In this document: in pieces, positions 9,026 to 18,429 of the stretch
Layout: each line of letters starts with the position of its first letter
Numbering within the stretch: the first letter of the stretch is position 1
Assembly: GCA_964648855.1 (NCBI GenBank)
Contig: CAZYLT010000011.1
Location: 66,000 to 97,999 of the forward strand
Length of the DNA stretch: 32,000 bases
DNA from: an uncultured archaeon
Lineage (GTDB): Archaea > Asgardarchaeota > Thorarchaeia > Thorarchaeales > Thorarchaeaceae
Direction of reading: 5' to 3'
Program-made: the position numbers and the translations under genes
Notes under the pieces: generated by a model
Database searches by the model: none
Told to the model about the DNA's origin: nothing
The model's input: the letters and a program-made list of their open reading frames with translations, nothing else

Positions 9026-11947
9026 TTGAAGTACCACAAGTTCACTCTATTTTTTGCAGTATCCTTCCTTCTCATAGGCGTGGCTATAGTTTCACCAACC
9101 TTTGCTGCCAGGCCTCCGAAGGACACAACACCACCATCAGTCACTATCACCAATCCCAGCGATGGGGAAATAGTGTCTGGGATTGTCACAATCACATTTT
9201 CAGCTACTGATGAGAATCCCGTTGTAGGCTATGAGATTCTCATAGATGGACAACTGTATTCTGAGGACCAGACCTATGATTGGGATACAACTATAGAGTC
9301 AGATGGTGACTACTCCATAACATGTAGGGCAAGAGACAACTCAAGGAATTGGGGTGAAGACTCGATCTTGGTCACTGTTGACAATAGCGGTGAAAACATT
9401 GCTCCATCAGTCACCATTACGAACCCCACTGATGGTTCAAGTGTTTCTGGAATAGTAAGCATAACTGTATCCGTAAATGATGAGGAAACACTTACGCCAG
9501 ACATATACATTGATGGAACTCTTGTCGCCTCAGCATCCACCTATGATTGGGACACTACTGGTTATACAGATGGCTCACATGAGATATTCGCAGAGGCAAC
9601 TGATGCAGGTGGACTCACTGGTTCTGATACAAGCACGGTATCGGTGGATAACAGTGGATTGGAGGAACCCGTCTCTGATGCCATCAAAGTGATGACCTAC
9701 AATATCGAGGCATCTGGTGCCAATGAGGATTGGAAGCAGGTAGTAAAGGAGGAAAACGCGGACATTCTCATTCTCGTAGAAACAGGGACATGGGACGACA
9801 ATGGAAATCAAATTCTCAATGACGTAGTGAATGAGTTCAATTCTTACTTCTCAGATGAAACACCATATGTTGGCTACTGTGCTCAGGACATCACCTATTC
9901 AACTAGTGGCGAAGCAATTTTGAGCAGATATCCAGTCTTGGAGTTCAATCAAATCCCAATAGTTCCTCTAGACGATGGATCAGACTATGATGTCACTCAC
10001 GACTTTGTAGAAGCCGTGTTGGATATTGATGGAACAGTCGTTCACGTCTTTGGTTCACACCTGAAGGCAATGTCCGGTTCGGAAAACGAATGGAGACGAG
10101 AACGAGAAACGGAAGGAATAATCAATTACATGGACAATCTTGGCAATATTCCCATTATGTACGTGGGTGACCTCAATTCATTCTCTCCTGATGATACGGG
10201 TGACTTAGCCCCGATGGGCGATTTAGGATATGGCCCCATGACAATGAAGCTCTATTCATCGGACCCCACTTACGGTCAATACTCGTCCGATGTACATACG
10301 TTCACGGATGTCTTCAGAACTCTGAATCCGACGGATCCAGGCTATACATATGGCCATCAAGACACACAATACACCTCGAGAATTGACTTCTTGATTGTCA
10401 ATTCATTCTTCAATGACAAACTCATCAATTCAACCTGTGGTGACACGCTTACTGCAGACACAGGATCTGACCACTACAGTGTTGACCTATTCGTAAACTG
10501 GAATTCAACATCGGAACCGGATACAACTCCGCCCACTCAAGTCACAGGCCTTGGAGCCACTACTGTGAGCATGTCACAAATCGACCTATCTTGGAATGCC
10601 AATACGGAGGACGACCTATCACATTATCGCGTGTACCGAGATGGCGTTCTTGTTGCACAAGTGTACGACACTCAGTACAGCGATACCGGCCTTGAGCCCA
10701 GTACCACTTACGCTTACGAGGTTTCAGCTCGTGATACAAGTCTAAACGAGGGGCCGAAGTCTGACCCTGTCACTGCAACTACAGATGAGGGCGGAAGTGC
10801 TACTCTGGTTGTGCTCAACGAATTCCTACCAGACCCCTATACACTATACTCTGAAGAATGGATTGAGCTTTACAATCCACAGGATTTGGACGCCGACTTA
10901 TCTGGATATATATTGGATGACATCACTGATGGCGGAACCAATCCGTACACAATTCCTGCGGGTACAACAATTCCTGGGAAAGGATTCTTGGTCTTCTATC
11001 AGGGGGTCACTGGAGTAGGCCTGAATAATGCAGGTGATACTGCCAATCTCATTCAACCTGATGGGAGCACCATCCAAGACTCCTACAGCTATACATCATC
11101 CACAAATGACGTCAGCTACGGTCGAGAAACCGATGGTGGGTCAACTTGGACCACTTTCACATCGCCTACGCCAGGAGCCTCAAATGGAGGGACATCCGGA
11201 AGTGGTGATGTCGTAGTGCTCAATGAGTTTCTACCTGACCCATATTCGCTATATAGCGAAGAATGGATTGAACTCTATAATCCAACGGATAGTGAAGTTG
11301 ACATCTCAGGTTACGTATTAGACGACATCACATCGGGTGGGACTAGTGCCTATGTCATTCCAGATGGAACTGCGATACCAGCATACGGGTTCATAGTATT
11401 CTATCAGGGGACAACTGGAATTGCATTGAATAACGATGGTGACACAGCGAACTTCCTCAAGCCGGATGGAACAACCGTCCTTGACTCCTATAGCTATTCG
11501 TCATCAACTGATGATGTGAGCTATGGTCGCGAAACTGATGGTGGGTCAACTTGGACAACATTCACATCACCTACGCCTGGCGAGAGTAATACCGGACAGA
11601 GTTCAAACACGAAGGTCCATGTGTCAAGTATCTCTTTCTCCACACGGTATTCCTCTAATGGACGAACCGAATACCTCGATATCACCGTAACTGTGGTTGA
11701 TGAATCTGGTTCTCCTGCTGAAGGGGTCACGGTTGACGGAACTCTGCTGTTGCCAGATGGCTCAAGTGAGAGCTATAGTGGTGTGTCTGACCTCAACGGT
11801 GAGGTCACCTTCACCTACTATTTCAGACCGAACCAATTCCTTCGCTCAGGAGATTATACATTCACTGTTGACAACCTCTCCGGAACCGGCTTTGAGTACG
11901 ATTCAGCTGCTAATCTAGAAACTTCTGATATTTGGACAAAACAATAA
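9026..11947 (+). CDS. Secreted multidomain EEP (endonuclease/exonuclease/phosphatase) protein: signal peptide, 2 Ig-like, EEP, FN3, 2 lamin-tail domains, Ig-like
   Basis: N-terminal signal peptide; two PSVTITNPxDG Ig repeats; EEP motifs TYNIE, ILVET, GSHLK, GDLNS, RIDF, GSDH; FN3 DTTPPTQVTGL...YAYEVSARD; two VLNEFLPDP...EWIELYNP...LNNxGD...SYGR...PTPGxSN copies. TTG start 8 nt after GGAGG. Confidence 0.88.
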   Translation: MKYHKFTLFFAVSFLLIGVAIVSPTFAARPPKDTTPPSVTITNPSDGEIVSGIVTITFSATDENPVVGYEILIDGQLYSEDQTYDWDTTIESDGDYSITCRARDNSRNWGEDSILVTVDNSGENIAPSVTITNPTDGSSVSGIVSITVSVNDEETLTPDIYIDGTLVASASTYDWDTTGYTDGSHEIFAEATDAGGLTGSDTSTVSVDNSGLEEPVSDAIKVMTYNIEASGANEDWKQVVKEENADILILVETGTWDDNGNQILNDVVNEFNSYFSDETPYVGYCAQDITYSTSGEAILSRYPVLEFNQIPIVPLDDGSDYDVTHDFVEAVLDIDGTVVHVFGSHLKAMSGSENEWRRERETEGIINYMDNLGNIPIMYVGDLNSFSPDDTGDLAPMGDLGYGPMTMKLYSSDPTYGQYSSDVHTFTDVFRTLNPTDPGYTYGHQDTQYTSRIDFLIVNSFFNDKLINSTCGDTLTADTGSDHYSVDLFVNWNSTSEPDTTPPTQVTGLGATTVSMSQIDLSWNANTEDDLSHYRVYRDGVLVAQVYDTQYSDTGLEPSTTYAYEVSARDTSLNEGPKSDPVTATTDEGGSATLVVLNEFLPDPYTLYSEEWIELYNPQDLDADLSGYILDDITDGGTNPYTIPAGTTIPGKGFLVFYQGVTGVGLNNAGDTANLIQPDGSTIQDSYSYTSSTNDVSYGRETDGGSTWTTFTSPTPGASNGGTSGSGDVVVLNEFLPDPYSLYSEEWIELYNPTDSEVDISGYVLDDITSGGTSAYVIPDGTAIPAYGFIVFYQGTTGIALNNDGDTANFLKPDGTTVLDSYSYSSSTDDVSYGRETDGGSTWTTFTSPTPGESNTGQSSNTKVHVSSISFSTRYSSNGRTEYLDITVTVVDESGSPAEGVTVDGTLLLPDGSSESYSGVSDLNGEVTFTYYFRPNQFLRSGDYTFTVDNLSGTGFEYDSAANLETSDIWTKQ
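9134..9660 (+). repeat. Two tandem Ig-like domain repeats, 270-nt period
   Basis: CCATCAGTCAC at 9134 and 9404; ACCTATGATTGGGA recurs in both copies. Confidence 0.75.
10811..11590 (+). repeat. Two tandem lamin-tail-domain repeats, 405-nt period
   Basis: Copies at 10811-11185 and 11216-11590; GATGGTGGGTCAACTTGGAC is identical in both. Confidence 0.9.
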
Positions 11948-11964
11948 TAGCACAACAAAGATGC

Positions 11965-12003
11965 CGGGGCCTGCCAAATCCTTAGCCGGTCTCGGTCTCT
12001 TTC
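11965..12003 (+). terminator. Possible hairpin plus pyrimidine tract after the EEP gene
   Basis: CCGGGGCC...GGTCTCGG pair with two G-U pairs, followed by TCTCTTT. Confidence 0.3.
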
Positions 12004-12173
12004 AACCATCTCTTCATCATACCGTAGAGCAAATCCACCTGCTCATGTGTCAATTTATTGAGCGACCCTGTTATCCAATTCTTCTTCATTTTAGCACTTA
12101 CATATTCTTCTCGAAGATTCTTTGGCTTTGATTCCTCCATCCGAAAACCTCATCCAGCTTATTTCCAAATGAC

Positions 12174-12698
12174 CTATGTCCACATGTGTTTTGGGTCGAA
12201 GGGATCAGCAGGGCTCATATTTTCATCTCGTACTAGAACATCGTTCTCGAGACTCAGAGCTACAATCGGCTTCGACCCGGAGAATGCAGTGGTGCCCTCT
12301 ATCAAGTATTTGAGAACATGTATGTTTTCCCGCAGGAAGATTTTAGTGTCATTATCAAATGGTTCCTCTGATATTATGAATGCATAGTCTGGAGTAATGA
12401 CCTCTGCATATCGTTTCAGTCTATAGACTTCTTTGAGCGTAGGACGGTTACTTACAATCTCAACAAGCACAGTTCTCTTCGATGCTGATGGAAGTGGTTT
12501 CTCAATAGAAACTTCGCCCACTATCTCCGGGTACTGTTCCCAGGATTCAATCACAGGTTTAGCCAATTCCTTCGCTGCTTCTCTAACCTTTTCCCTAATC
12601 ACATCAGGGTGCGTATACAATTCGCAGCTGCCCACCGCTTCAAAGCTTTTCTTCAGTTGGGCTTCGACTCTCTTCATTAGCTCCTCTTCTATGGTCAA
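12174..12698 (-). CDS. Hypothetical protein, possibly a degenerate restriction-endonuclease-like fold
   Basis: Good coding composition; GGAG upstream of a TTG start; VLVEIV...TLKEVYRLKRY...YAFIIS resembles the Mrr-type core. Confidence 0.65.
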   Translation of the reverse strand: MTIEEELMKRVEAQLKKSFEAVGSCELYTHPDVIREKVREAAKELAKPVIESWEQYPEIVGEVSIEKPLPSASKRTVLVEIVSNRPTLKEVYRLKRYAEVITPDYAFIISEEPFDNDTKIFLRENIHVLKYLIEGTTAFSGSKPIVALSLENDVLVRDENMSPADPFDPKHMWT

Positions 12699-12820
12699 TC
12701 TGTGATTCTCCTGCTATTCAATAAAAATGCGCTCGACTATAGGCATTATGGTCCGTGACTTGCAGCAAGTCTGCGTTGAACATATTAGGTGCGAATTTCT
12801 CTGAGCAAATTGTGATTGAC

Positions 12821-13213
12821 ATGGATCGAACGAAATATTACAGATTGATGTACTTAGTTGCAGCCATTTGGAATTGGGTGCTTGCCATTACCTTTCTGAT
12901 TCTACCTCGAATTAACATAAACTACTTCTCACTTGCAGGCGACACCATTCCTCCAACACTCCTATGGTTTGATTGCTTCATGGGGCTTGTCTTTGCCTTC
13001 GGAATTGGATTCTATCTTATCAGCGTGAACCCTCAGAAGAACCATGGACTAGTTCAAATTGCTGCCTTCGAGAAGGTCTGGGTGTTTGTAATCGGATTCT
13101 CATACTTCTTGATAGGAGAAGCATCTCTTCTTTTGGTTGGAGTGGTTGTTGGCGATTTGATATTCGGTCTTCTCTTCATAGATCATCTATTGGCTACACG
13201 TAGAGCATCTTAG
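12821..13213 (+). CDS. Small 4-TM hypothetical membrane protein
   Basis: Four hydrophobic segments (AAIWNW...FEKV...GDLIFG). ATG at 12821 after GTGA. Confidence 0.75.
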   Translation: MDRTKYYRLMYLVAAIWNWVLAITFLILPRININYFSLAGDTIPPTLLWFDCFMGLVFAFGIGFYLISVNPQKNHGLVQIAAFEKVWVFVIGFSYFLIGEASLLLVGVVVGDLIFGLLFIDHLLATRRAS

Positions 13214-13320
13214 AAGGGATAAGAAACTTATAGGGACGGAACGAATATGAATCACAGAAAAATCTGACATCTGTTCTCTTTTCTCCGGAATCGCAGGTAA
13301 ATGGCGGTAGGTCACAAACA

Positions 13321-13536
13321 ATGGTATTCGTGCCGGAAACGGTGGTAGAATTGCTAATTGAAAGAGCCAGAAACTCATCGGAAATCAGTAGACTGGCTCA
13401 AGATATTTCCTATGCTCAAGACCGAATGGATGACTCTGAGGCAATGTTGTCAGATGTTCAGAGTCCCCTCTCAACATGGGATAGAATCAAGGTCTTTGAC
13501 AAAACGACTGAGGAGATTCAAGAAGAAGCTGTTTAG
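13321..13536 (+). CDS. Small hypothetical helical protein or gene fragment
   Basis: 71-aa acidic, helical-looking ORF filling the gap between genes; no recognisable motif. Confidence 0.4.
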   Translation: MVFVPETVVELLIERARNSSEISRLAQDISYAQDRMDDSEAMLSDVQSPLSTWDRIKVFDKTTEEIQEEAV

Positions 13537-13584
13537 TTCCTTCTAGCAGCAGTAAACTCATTGAACTCTGCGTGGGAATGTCTG

Positions 13585-14823
13585 CTATGTCGGGAGACTT
13601 TCATTTCCTTTTTTCCGCTTTTCCTCTTCACCTAACTTGCTTCTCGAAACTGGAATCAATGCCAAGAGGGGTAGTGATATCAAGGAGAAGAAGAATGGAT
13701 TCAGATTATCCATATTCTCCTCGGCGCCGACCGATGTAGCTACAATCCCGCCGATGACCGAAAAGAAGCCGGAAAAGGACCTTGCACTCTCAACAATTCC
13801 TTGTGCTTCTCCTCTCCGTGTTTCTTCGGAATGTCCTGCGGCAAGTGAGACCGAGGACACTGCAATCAACGGCCAAACAGGAAAGATCCAAACGAGGGCA
13901 GCGGTTAGTGGATGATTAAGAATGCCAAGAAGGAAGAGTGCCACGTTTCCAAAGATGCCGAGTTTTAATGCAAATGAATCGCCGATACGGTCCGTAAGCT
14001 TTCCATATGCAAATGCCCCTATTGCCCCTGCCAGTCCACTCAAGGCTGAGATCACACCGATCCAGAAACTCTCTCGTCCGTAAATAATGTACATCTTGAT
14101 CTGGAAAATCGGTAGGAAGACCCCTCTGCCCACGCTCACCAGCAGAATTGCCAGTGTGATGTATAGCAAGAGTGGTTTCATGTTTCTCAACCCCTCAATT
14201 ATGCCTCTTCTTGCTGGCTCTTCTGTTGTTACATCACTCTCTTGGAATATCACCTGAAAAACGACCATGGACAGAAGATGTATGCCTCCGGTGAATATGA
14301 AGATCCAATACAGAGGCACAATCTCCCAAAAATAGCCAATGATGAGAGCACCTATTCCCCATCCAGCCGAAGAAAAAAGAAAGAAAGACCCGATATTCGA
14401 TGCCCTGCCTTCTTCCTTAGACATGAGAGTGATTACTGCATTCCTGACAGGATTATACATTGACGTAAACAAGGCTGCGAGTGTATACATGAAGAGGATA
14501 AAGATGAGATTCAATAATCCAGGTTCTCCAACAAATTGCGTGAGAGCAAAGAGTACCGTAAAAATCGCCTGACCAAGAATGGAAATGACTAGCAGCTTCT
14601 TCTTTGATGAGAACACATCGCTAACCCATCCCCATACCCATGAGAGCAGGATGGCAGTCACTGCTACAAGGGTCCGGCACAGTGAGCTTGCAATGAATCC
14701 GTATAGGTCATAGACGTACAGAGGTATGAACGTGAAATAGAGTGAGTTGACAAGACCTGAAGTGAGCTGCATGGGAATGATTGCTGCCCCACTTCTAGTA
14801 AAGACAAGTGACTTCTCTTCCAT
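13585..14823 (-). CDS. MFS transporter
   Basis: WGWVSDVFSSKK and YGKLTDRIG motif-A copies, about 12 TM helices. Start probably 14823. Confidence 0.88.
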   Translation of the reverse strand: MEEKSLVFTRSGAAIIPMQLTSGLVNSLYFTFIPLYVYDLYGFIASSLCRTLVAVTAILLSWVWGWVSDVFSSKKKLLVISILGQAIFTVLFALTQFVGEPGLLNLIFILFMYTLAALFTSMYNPVRNAVITLMSKEEGRASNIGSFFLFSSAGWGIGALIIGYFWEIVPLYWIFIFTGGIHLLSMVVFQVIFQESDVTTEEPARRGIIEGLRNMKPLLLYITLAILLVSVGRGVFLPIFQIKMYIIYGRESFWIGVISALSGLAGAIGAFAYGKLTDRIGDSFALKLGIFGNVALFLLGILNHPLTAALVWIFPVWPLIAVSSVSLAAGHSEETRRGEAQGIVESARSFSGFFSVIGGIVATSVGAEENMDNLNPFFFSLISLPLLALIPVSRSKLGEEEKRKKGNESLPT

Positions 14824-14942
14824 GTTCGCCCCTTCATGCAAGAATTAGCGTTTGCATTCCTCTTTTTAAGCGGACTGTTTTTGATACCATGTCTGTCAAT
14901 TCTGGGCTTCCCATTTCTTCAAAATATATGCATTATCACAAA

Positions 14943-14978
14943 CTTTATTATCGAATGTGATATCGCTAACGATATCAC
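14943..14978 (+). promoter_or_regulatory. TATA-like box followed by a perfect 9-4-9 palindromic operator, probably the PadR site
   Basis: CTTTATTA at 14943-14950, then GTGATATCG-CTAA-CGATATCAC at 14957-14978, 23 nt before the PadR gene. Confidence 0.7.
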
Positions 14979-15001
14979 TAAAGACATAAGGTCGTTACAA
15001 C

Positions 15002-15754
15002 TTGCAGCCGAATTTGCGTGAAAGACTCAACGAAACCATTGAGCTCTTTCGAGAGAAGGGAGCTACGAATAAGGCAGACGCCCTGACCCTGGAAGATCTG
15101 GGCTTGCCAAAGATGTTCGAATATTTGATATCATCTCCCATGGCATCTAATCTACCCTTCATAGAAGAGGACGGGAAATACTACCTTGATGAGAAACATG
15201 CTGATGATATCCAAGAGGGCATGGTTTCAGGTATTCCGTTCACCAACTGGGTAAAGCAGACCGGAAGAGTCCCTCGGGGATACCTGCGTTATAGGGTATT
15301 GCTTATGCTAAGAGACAAGCCGATGGCTGGGTCTGAGATCTCAGATCAAATTGAGAGAGATACATCCGGACAATATAGACCCAGTCCGGGATCCATCTAT
15401 CCGCTGCTTCAGCAGCTGAACGAACGAGGGATTATTGAAGAACTGCCACTGGTGGATGGGAAAAAGAGGTACAAACTTACGGAGTTTGGGCAGGCATTTC
15501 TTGATGAACAGACTGGAATGTTTGAACAGATGAGGAATCGACTCATATCTGGTCCAATCCCTGCTCCTCCATTCTTAGAGCTTCCAGATGATATTAAGTA
15601 TCTCAGCGAATCTGCCAGGCATCTCTTTAGGCGAATGATGGAGCTAGCAATAGAAATCTGTGAGAATCCAGACCCTGCATTGGCTAAAGAAGTAGACTTA
15701 CTCTTCAAGAAGACCACACAGAAACTGGATGAAATTCTAGAGCGCATAAGATGA
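15002..15754 (+). CDS. PadR-family transcriptional regulator with an extra N-terminal domain
   Basis: RGYLRYRVLLML...PSPGSIYPLLQQL...KKRYKLTEFG. Confidence 0.88.
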   Translation: MQPNLRERLNETIELFREKGATNKADALTLEDLGLPKMFEYLISSPMASNLPFIEEDGKYYLDEKHADDIQEGMVSGIPFTNWVKQTGRVPRGYLRYRVLLMLRDKPMAGSEISDQIERDTSGQYRPSPGSIYPLLQQLNERGIIEELPLVDGKKRYKLTEFGQAFLDEQTGMFEQMRNRLISGPIPAPPFLELPDDIKYLSESARHLFRRMMELAIEICENPDPALAKEVDLLFKKTTQKLDEILERIR

Positions 15755-15794
15755 ACGGCTGCGAGTTGTGACCTGATCAAAGAGGTCGAAAGAA

Positions 15795-16478
15795 ATGAGT
15801 ACAGTACTGAATGTAAAGAACGTAGTAAAGACATATCGACTTGGGGAAGTTCCTGTTCAAGCTCTAAGAGGTATAAGTTTTGAATTGCATGAGGGAGAGT
15901 TTCTGGCCGTACTAGGGCCCTCAGGAAGTGGCAAGTCAACCCTTCTGAACATGGTTGGTGCCTTAGATAGGCCCACGACTGGGAATGTCATCATCGATGG
16001 CGTTGATATATCAGAGTTGGATGATAATGGACTGGCAGACCTGAGAAAGAATGTTGGCTTTGTATTTCAATTCTTTAATCTCATTCCACGATTAGACGCA
16101 CAAGGAAATGTGGAACTCCCCTTGATGATAGCTGGTGTTTCTCTAGATAAGAGACGAACACGGGCAAAAGTGGCATTGGAGAAGGTTGGGCTTGCTGACC
16201 GTAGGCACCACAAACCGTCGGAACTGAGTGGTGGAGAACGCCAACGGGTGACCATGGCTCGTGCCTTAGTAAACAATCCTAGCTTTCTGCTGATGGATGA
16301 ACCGACCGGCAACTTAGATTCAAAGACTGCAGCTGGTGTCATGGAGCTGGTTGCTGACTTGAACAGCAAAGAAAATGTGACTATCATCATGGTAACTCAT
16401 GACCCAGAAGCGAGTAAGTTTGCTCGCCGTACGGTTAGAATGCGTGATGGATTAATCATTTCAGATGAGGTGAATTAA
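15795..16478 (+). CDS. ABC transporter ATP-binding subunit (LolD/MacB-like)
   Basis: Walker A GPSGSGKST, VFQFFNL, LSGGERQR, Walker B LLMDEPTGNLD, VTHD. Confidence 0.95.
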   Translation: MSTVLNVKNVVKTYRLGEVPVQALRGISFELHEGEFLAVLGPSGSGKSTLLNMVGALDRPTTGNVIIDGVDISELDDNGLADLRKNVGFVFQFFNLIPRLDAQGNVELPLMIAGVSLDKRRTRAKVALEKVGLADRRHHKPSELSGGERQRVTMARALVNNPSFLLMDEPTGNLDSKTAAGVMELVADLNSKENVTIIMVTHDPEASKFARRTVRMRDGLIISDEVN

Positions 16479-16479
16479 G

Positions 16480-17742
16480 GTGAAAATACGTGACACATTA
16501 TCCTATTCATTTGGAGCTATCCGTCTTCGGAAACTGAGGTCAGGCCTCACGACTCTGGGAATTGTTATTGGCATAGGAGCGATTGTTGCCCTGCTCTCCT
16601 TCACACAAGGCTTTCAGGTCGCGATCTCAGGACAGTTCCAGGAGGGTCTCTCGACGGATGTTGTAACCGTGTCTTCTGGTTCAGGCGGCTTCTTTGGATT
16701 TGGTGACGACGACTCGGATTTTTCGCTCTATGCCAATGATACAAATCTCATCAATGAGGTCGATGGCGTTGTCACATCTTCTGCATCCGTATCAAAGACC
16801 GTCACTGCGGAGCTTGAAAGCATGGATAGAATACTCAGTCTGACAGGTGTGGACTTTGAGTCGTATGAGCAAACCTACTCGACATTTGTTGCAGCATATG
16901 GCAGTATTCCTGATAACCCGGCTGAAGATCAAGTCGTCGTTGGATATAGTTTCTATGACCCCTGGGGCAATGGTACTCATCCTGTTGAATTGGGCGACAT
17001 AATCAATGTTTACTATACTGTAAGAAATGGAACTCAATTAGTACCCATCAATAAGACATTGAGTGTTATTGGGATCTTAGAGGAAATCGGTGCCTTTGGT
17101 TTTGGCCCATCTGATAGTGGAATGTACGTACCGCTTGAAGCAGCTCTAGCCTATTTTGATACCGAAGAAGTGAGTCAAATAGCCGTGAAACTCGAGAACG
17201 ATGATGATGAGTTTATCGAGAGGGTTTCCGATGAAATAGAGGAATTGTTTCTCAACGAGGTGACAGTCACTTCAGCAACAGCATTGCTTAGTACAATCTC
17301 AACTGCACTAGCAACCGTTGAACTTCTTCTTGCAGGAATAGGCGGCATCTCATTACTTGTCGCCGGAATTGGAATCATGAATATCATGATCGTTTCCCTC
17401 ATGGAGAGAACCCGCGAAATTGGCATTCTGAAAGCTCTTGGAGCAAAGAGTCGGTCTGTTCTTGGAATATTCCTTGGTGAGGCACTGATTATTGGGCTCA
17501 TTGGGGGAATTCTTGGTATTGGACTTGGTGCCTTTCTGGCAAATCTATTCGGTGGCGTCTTCGGCGGAGCTGGTGGTATGAGTGGTTCTCCTGCCGGTGC
17601 TATAGGTATAACTCCAGTCGTAACACCTCTCTTGGGTTTTCAAGCGTTGATATTTGGGGTATTGGTAAGTGTGATATTTGCAATCTATCCTGCCCGACGT
17701 GCATCGAAACTTGAACCAGTTGATGCCCTACGATCTGAGTAA
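16480..17742 (+). CDS. ABC transporter permease (MacB/FtsX-like)
   Basis: LRSGLTTLGIVIG, large extracytoplasmic domain, GIMNIMIVSLMERTREIGILKALGA, YPARRASKLEPVDALR. Confidence 0.95.
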   Translation: MKIRDTLSYSFGAIRLRKLRSGLTTLGIVIGIGAIVALLSFTQGFQVAISGQFQEGLSTDVVTVSSGSGGFFGFGDDDSDFSLYANDTNLINEVDGVVTSSASVSKTVTAELESMDRILSLTGVDFESYEQTYSTFVAAYGSIPDNPAEDQVVVGYSFYDPWGNGTHPVELGDIINVYYTVRNGTQLVPINKTLSVIGILEEIGAFGFGPSDSGMYVPLEAALAYFDTEEVSQIAVKLENDDDEFIERVSDEIEELFLNEVTVTSATALLSTISTALATVELLLAGIGGISLLVAGIGIMNIMIVSLMERTREIGILKALGAKSRSVLGIFLGEALIIGLIGGILGIGLGAFLANLFGGVFGGAGGMSGSPAGAIGITPVVTPLLGFQALIFGVLVSVIFAIYPARRASKLEPVDALRSE

Positions 17743-17751
17743 ACTCGCAGT

Positions 17752-17776
17752 CCCGAGGTTAGCCCTCGGGTTTTCT
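17752..17776 (+). terminator. Hairpin plus T-tract ending the PadR-ABC operon
   Basis: CCCGAGG-TTAGC-CCTCGGG-TTTTCT, 9 nt after the stop. Confidence 0.65.
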
Positions 17777-17814
17777 CCCTGTTGTATTTGGCAGCCCACT
17801 GGTCGGAGAATAAT

Positions 17815-17958
17815 ATGGTTCCATCCATTTTGGTATTGAGGGGTAATGAAAAAAAATCGAATACTTGTCCAAAGTGCGGCGGAACTAATTTGCAGAACGC
17901 CAATACCCTACGGGAGGTCGAAGTGTCCAGAATGTGGATAGGATGTCGACCACTATGA
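17815..17958 (+). pseudogene. Possible frameshifted CPxCG zinc-finger microprotein
   Basis: CPKCG lies in ORF 17815-17958; CPECG lies in the overlapping +1 frame ORF 17846-17941. Confidence 0.35.
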
Positions 17959-18102
17959 GTGAAACCCTGAAGCCAACATAGTTGCATCAAATCTTGTGCT
18001 ACAACAATCGCCCTTGAGGTCAATCTCTTGGTCAGTTATGCATATTAGCATGAACCGATGGGTTTCTATTAAGCAACGTATGAATATGAATTGGTGGATA
18101 TT

Positions 18103-18429
18103 ATGACTATGGTTTCGTATAAGCTGTATTTGGAAGATTCCGGCGATGGATATGGGATGAAATTTGCTCTTGAAACTGGATACAACAAGCAACTAGTGAA
18201 GTCTATCAAGAGAATGGATTGGAAGCTTTCTCATAGGGGATGGGACCAATACAGTAAGGTATGGAGATTTGACATCAACGACTATGTGGTTGAGGAGCTG
18301 CGAATATTGGGCGTCGATGTCCCGGACCTTGAAAAGTGCAAGGCAGCTGAAAAAGCTCTGACTAGCGCTGAAAGTGACTTCTCTGACGATACATTCCCCA
18401 TAGAAGGCGAACTTGAGGTTTTCGAGTAG
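18103..18429 (+). CDS. Small protein with a HARP-like motif and acidic tail
   Basis: YNKQLVKSIKRM...RGWDQYSKVWRF; TATA-like CTATTAAG about 30 nt upstream and a GGTGG ribosome-binding site. Confidence 0.7.
   Translation: MTMVSYKLYLEDSGDGYGMKFALETGYNKQLVKSIKRMDWKLSHRGWDQYSKVWRFDINDYVVEELRILGVDVPDLEKCKAAEKALTSAESDFSDDTFPIEGELEVFE

Noticed and set aside
13345-13364. ATTGAAAG handle-like sequence
   Set aside because: It lies inside an ORF and lacks the upstream repeat stem.
15409-15939. 176-aa minus-strand ORF, and similar antisense ORFs over the his genes
   Set aside because: They overlap well-supported genes on the opposite strand.
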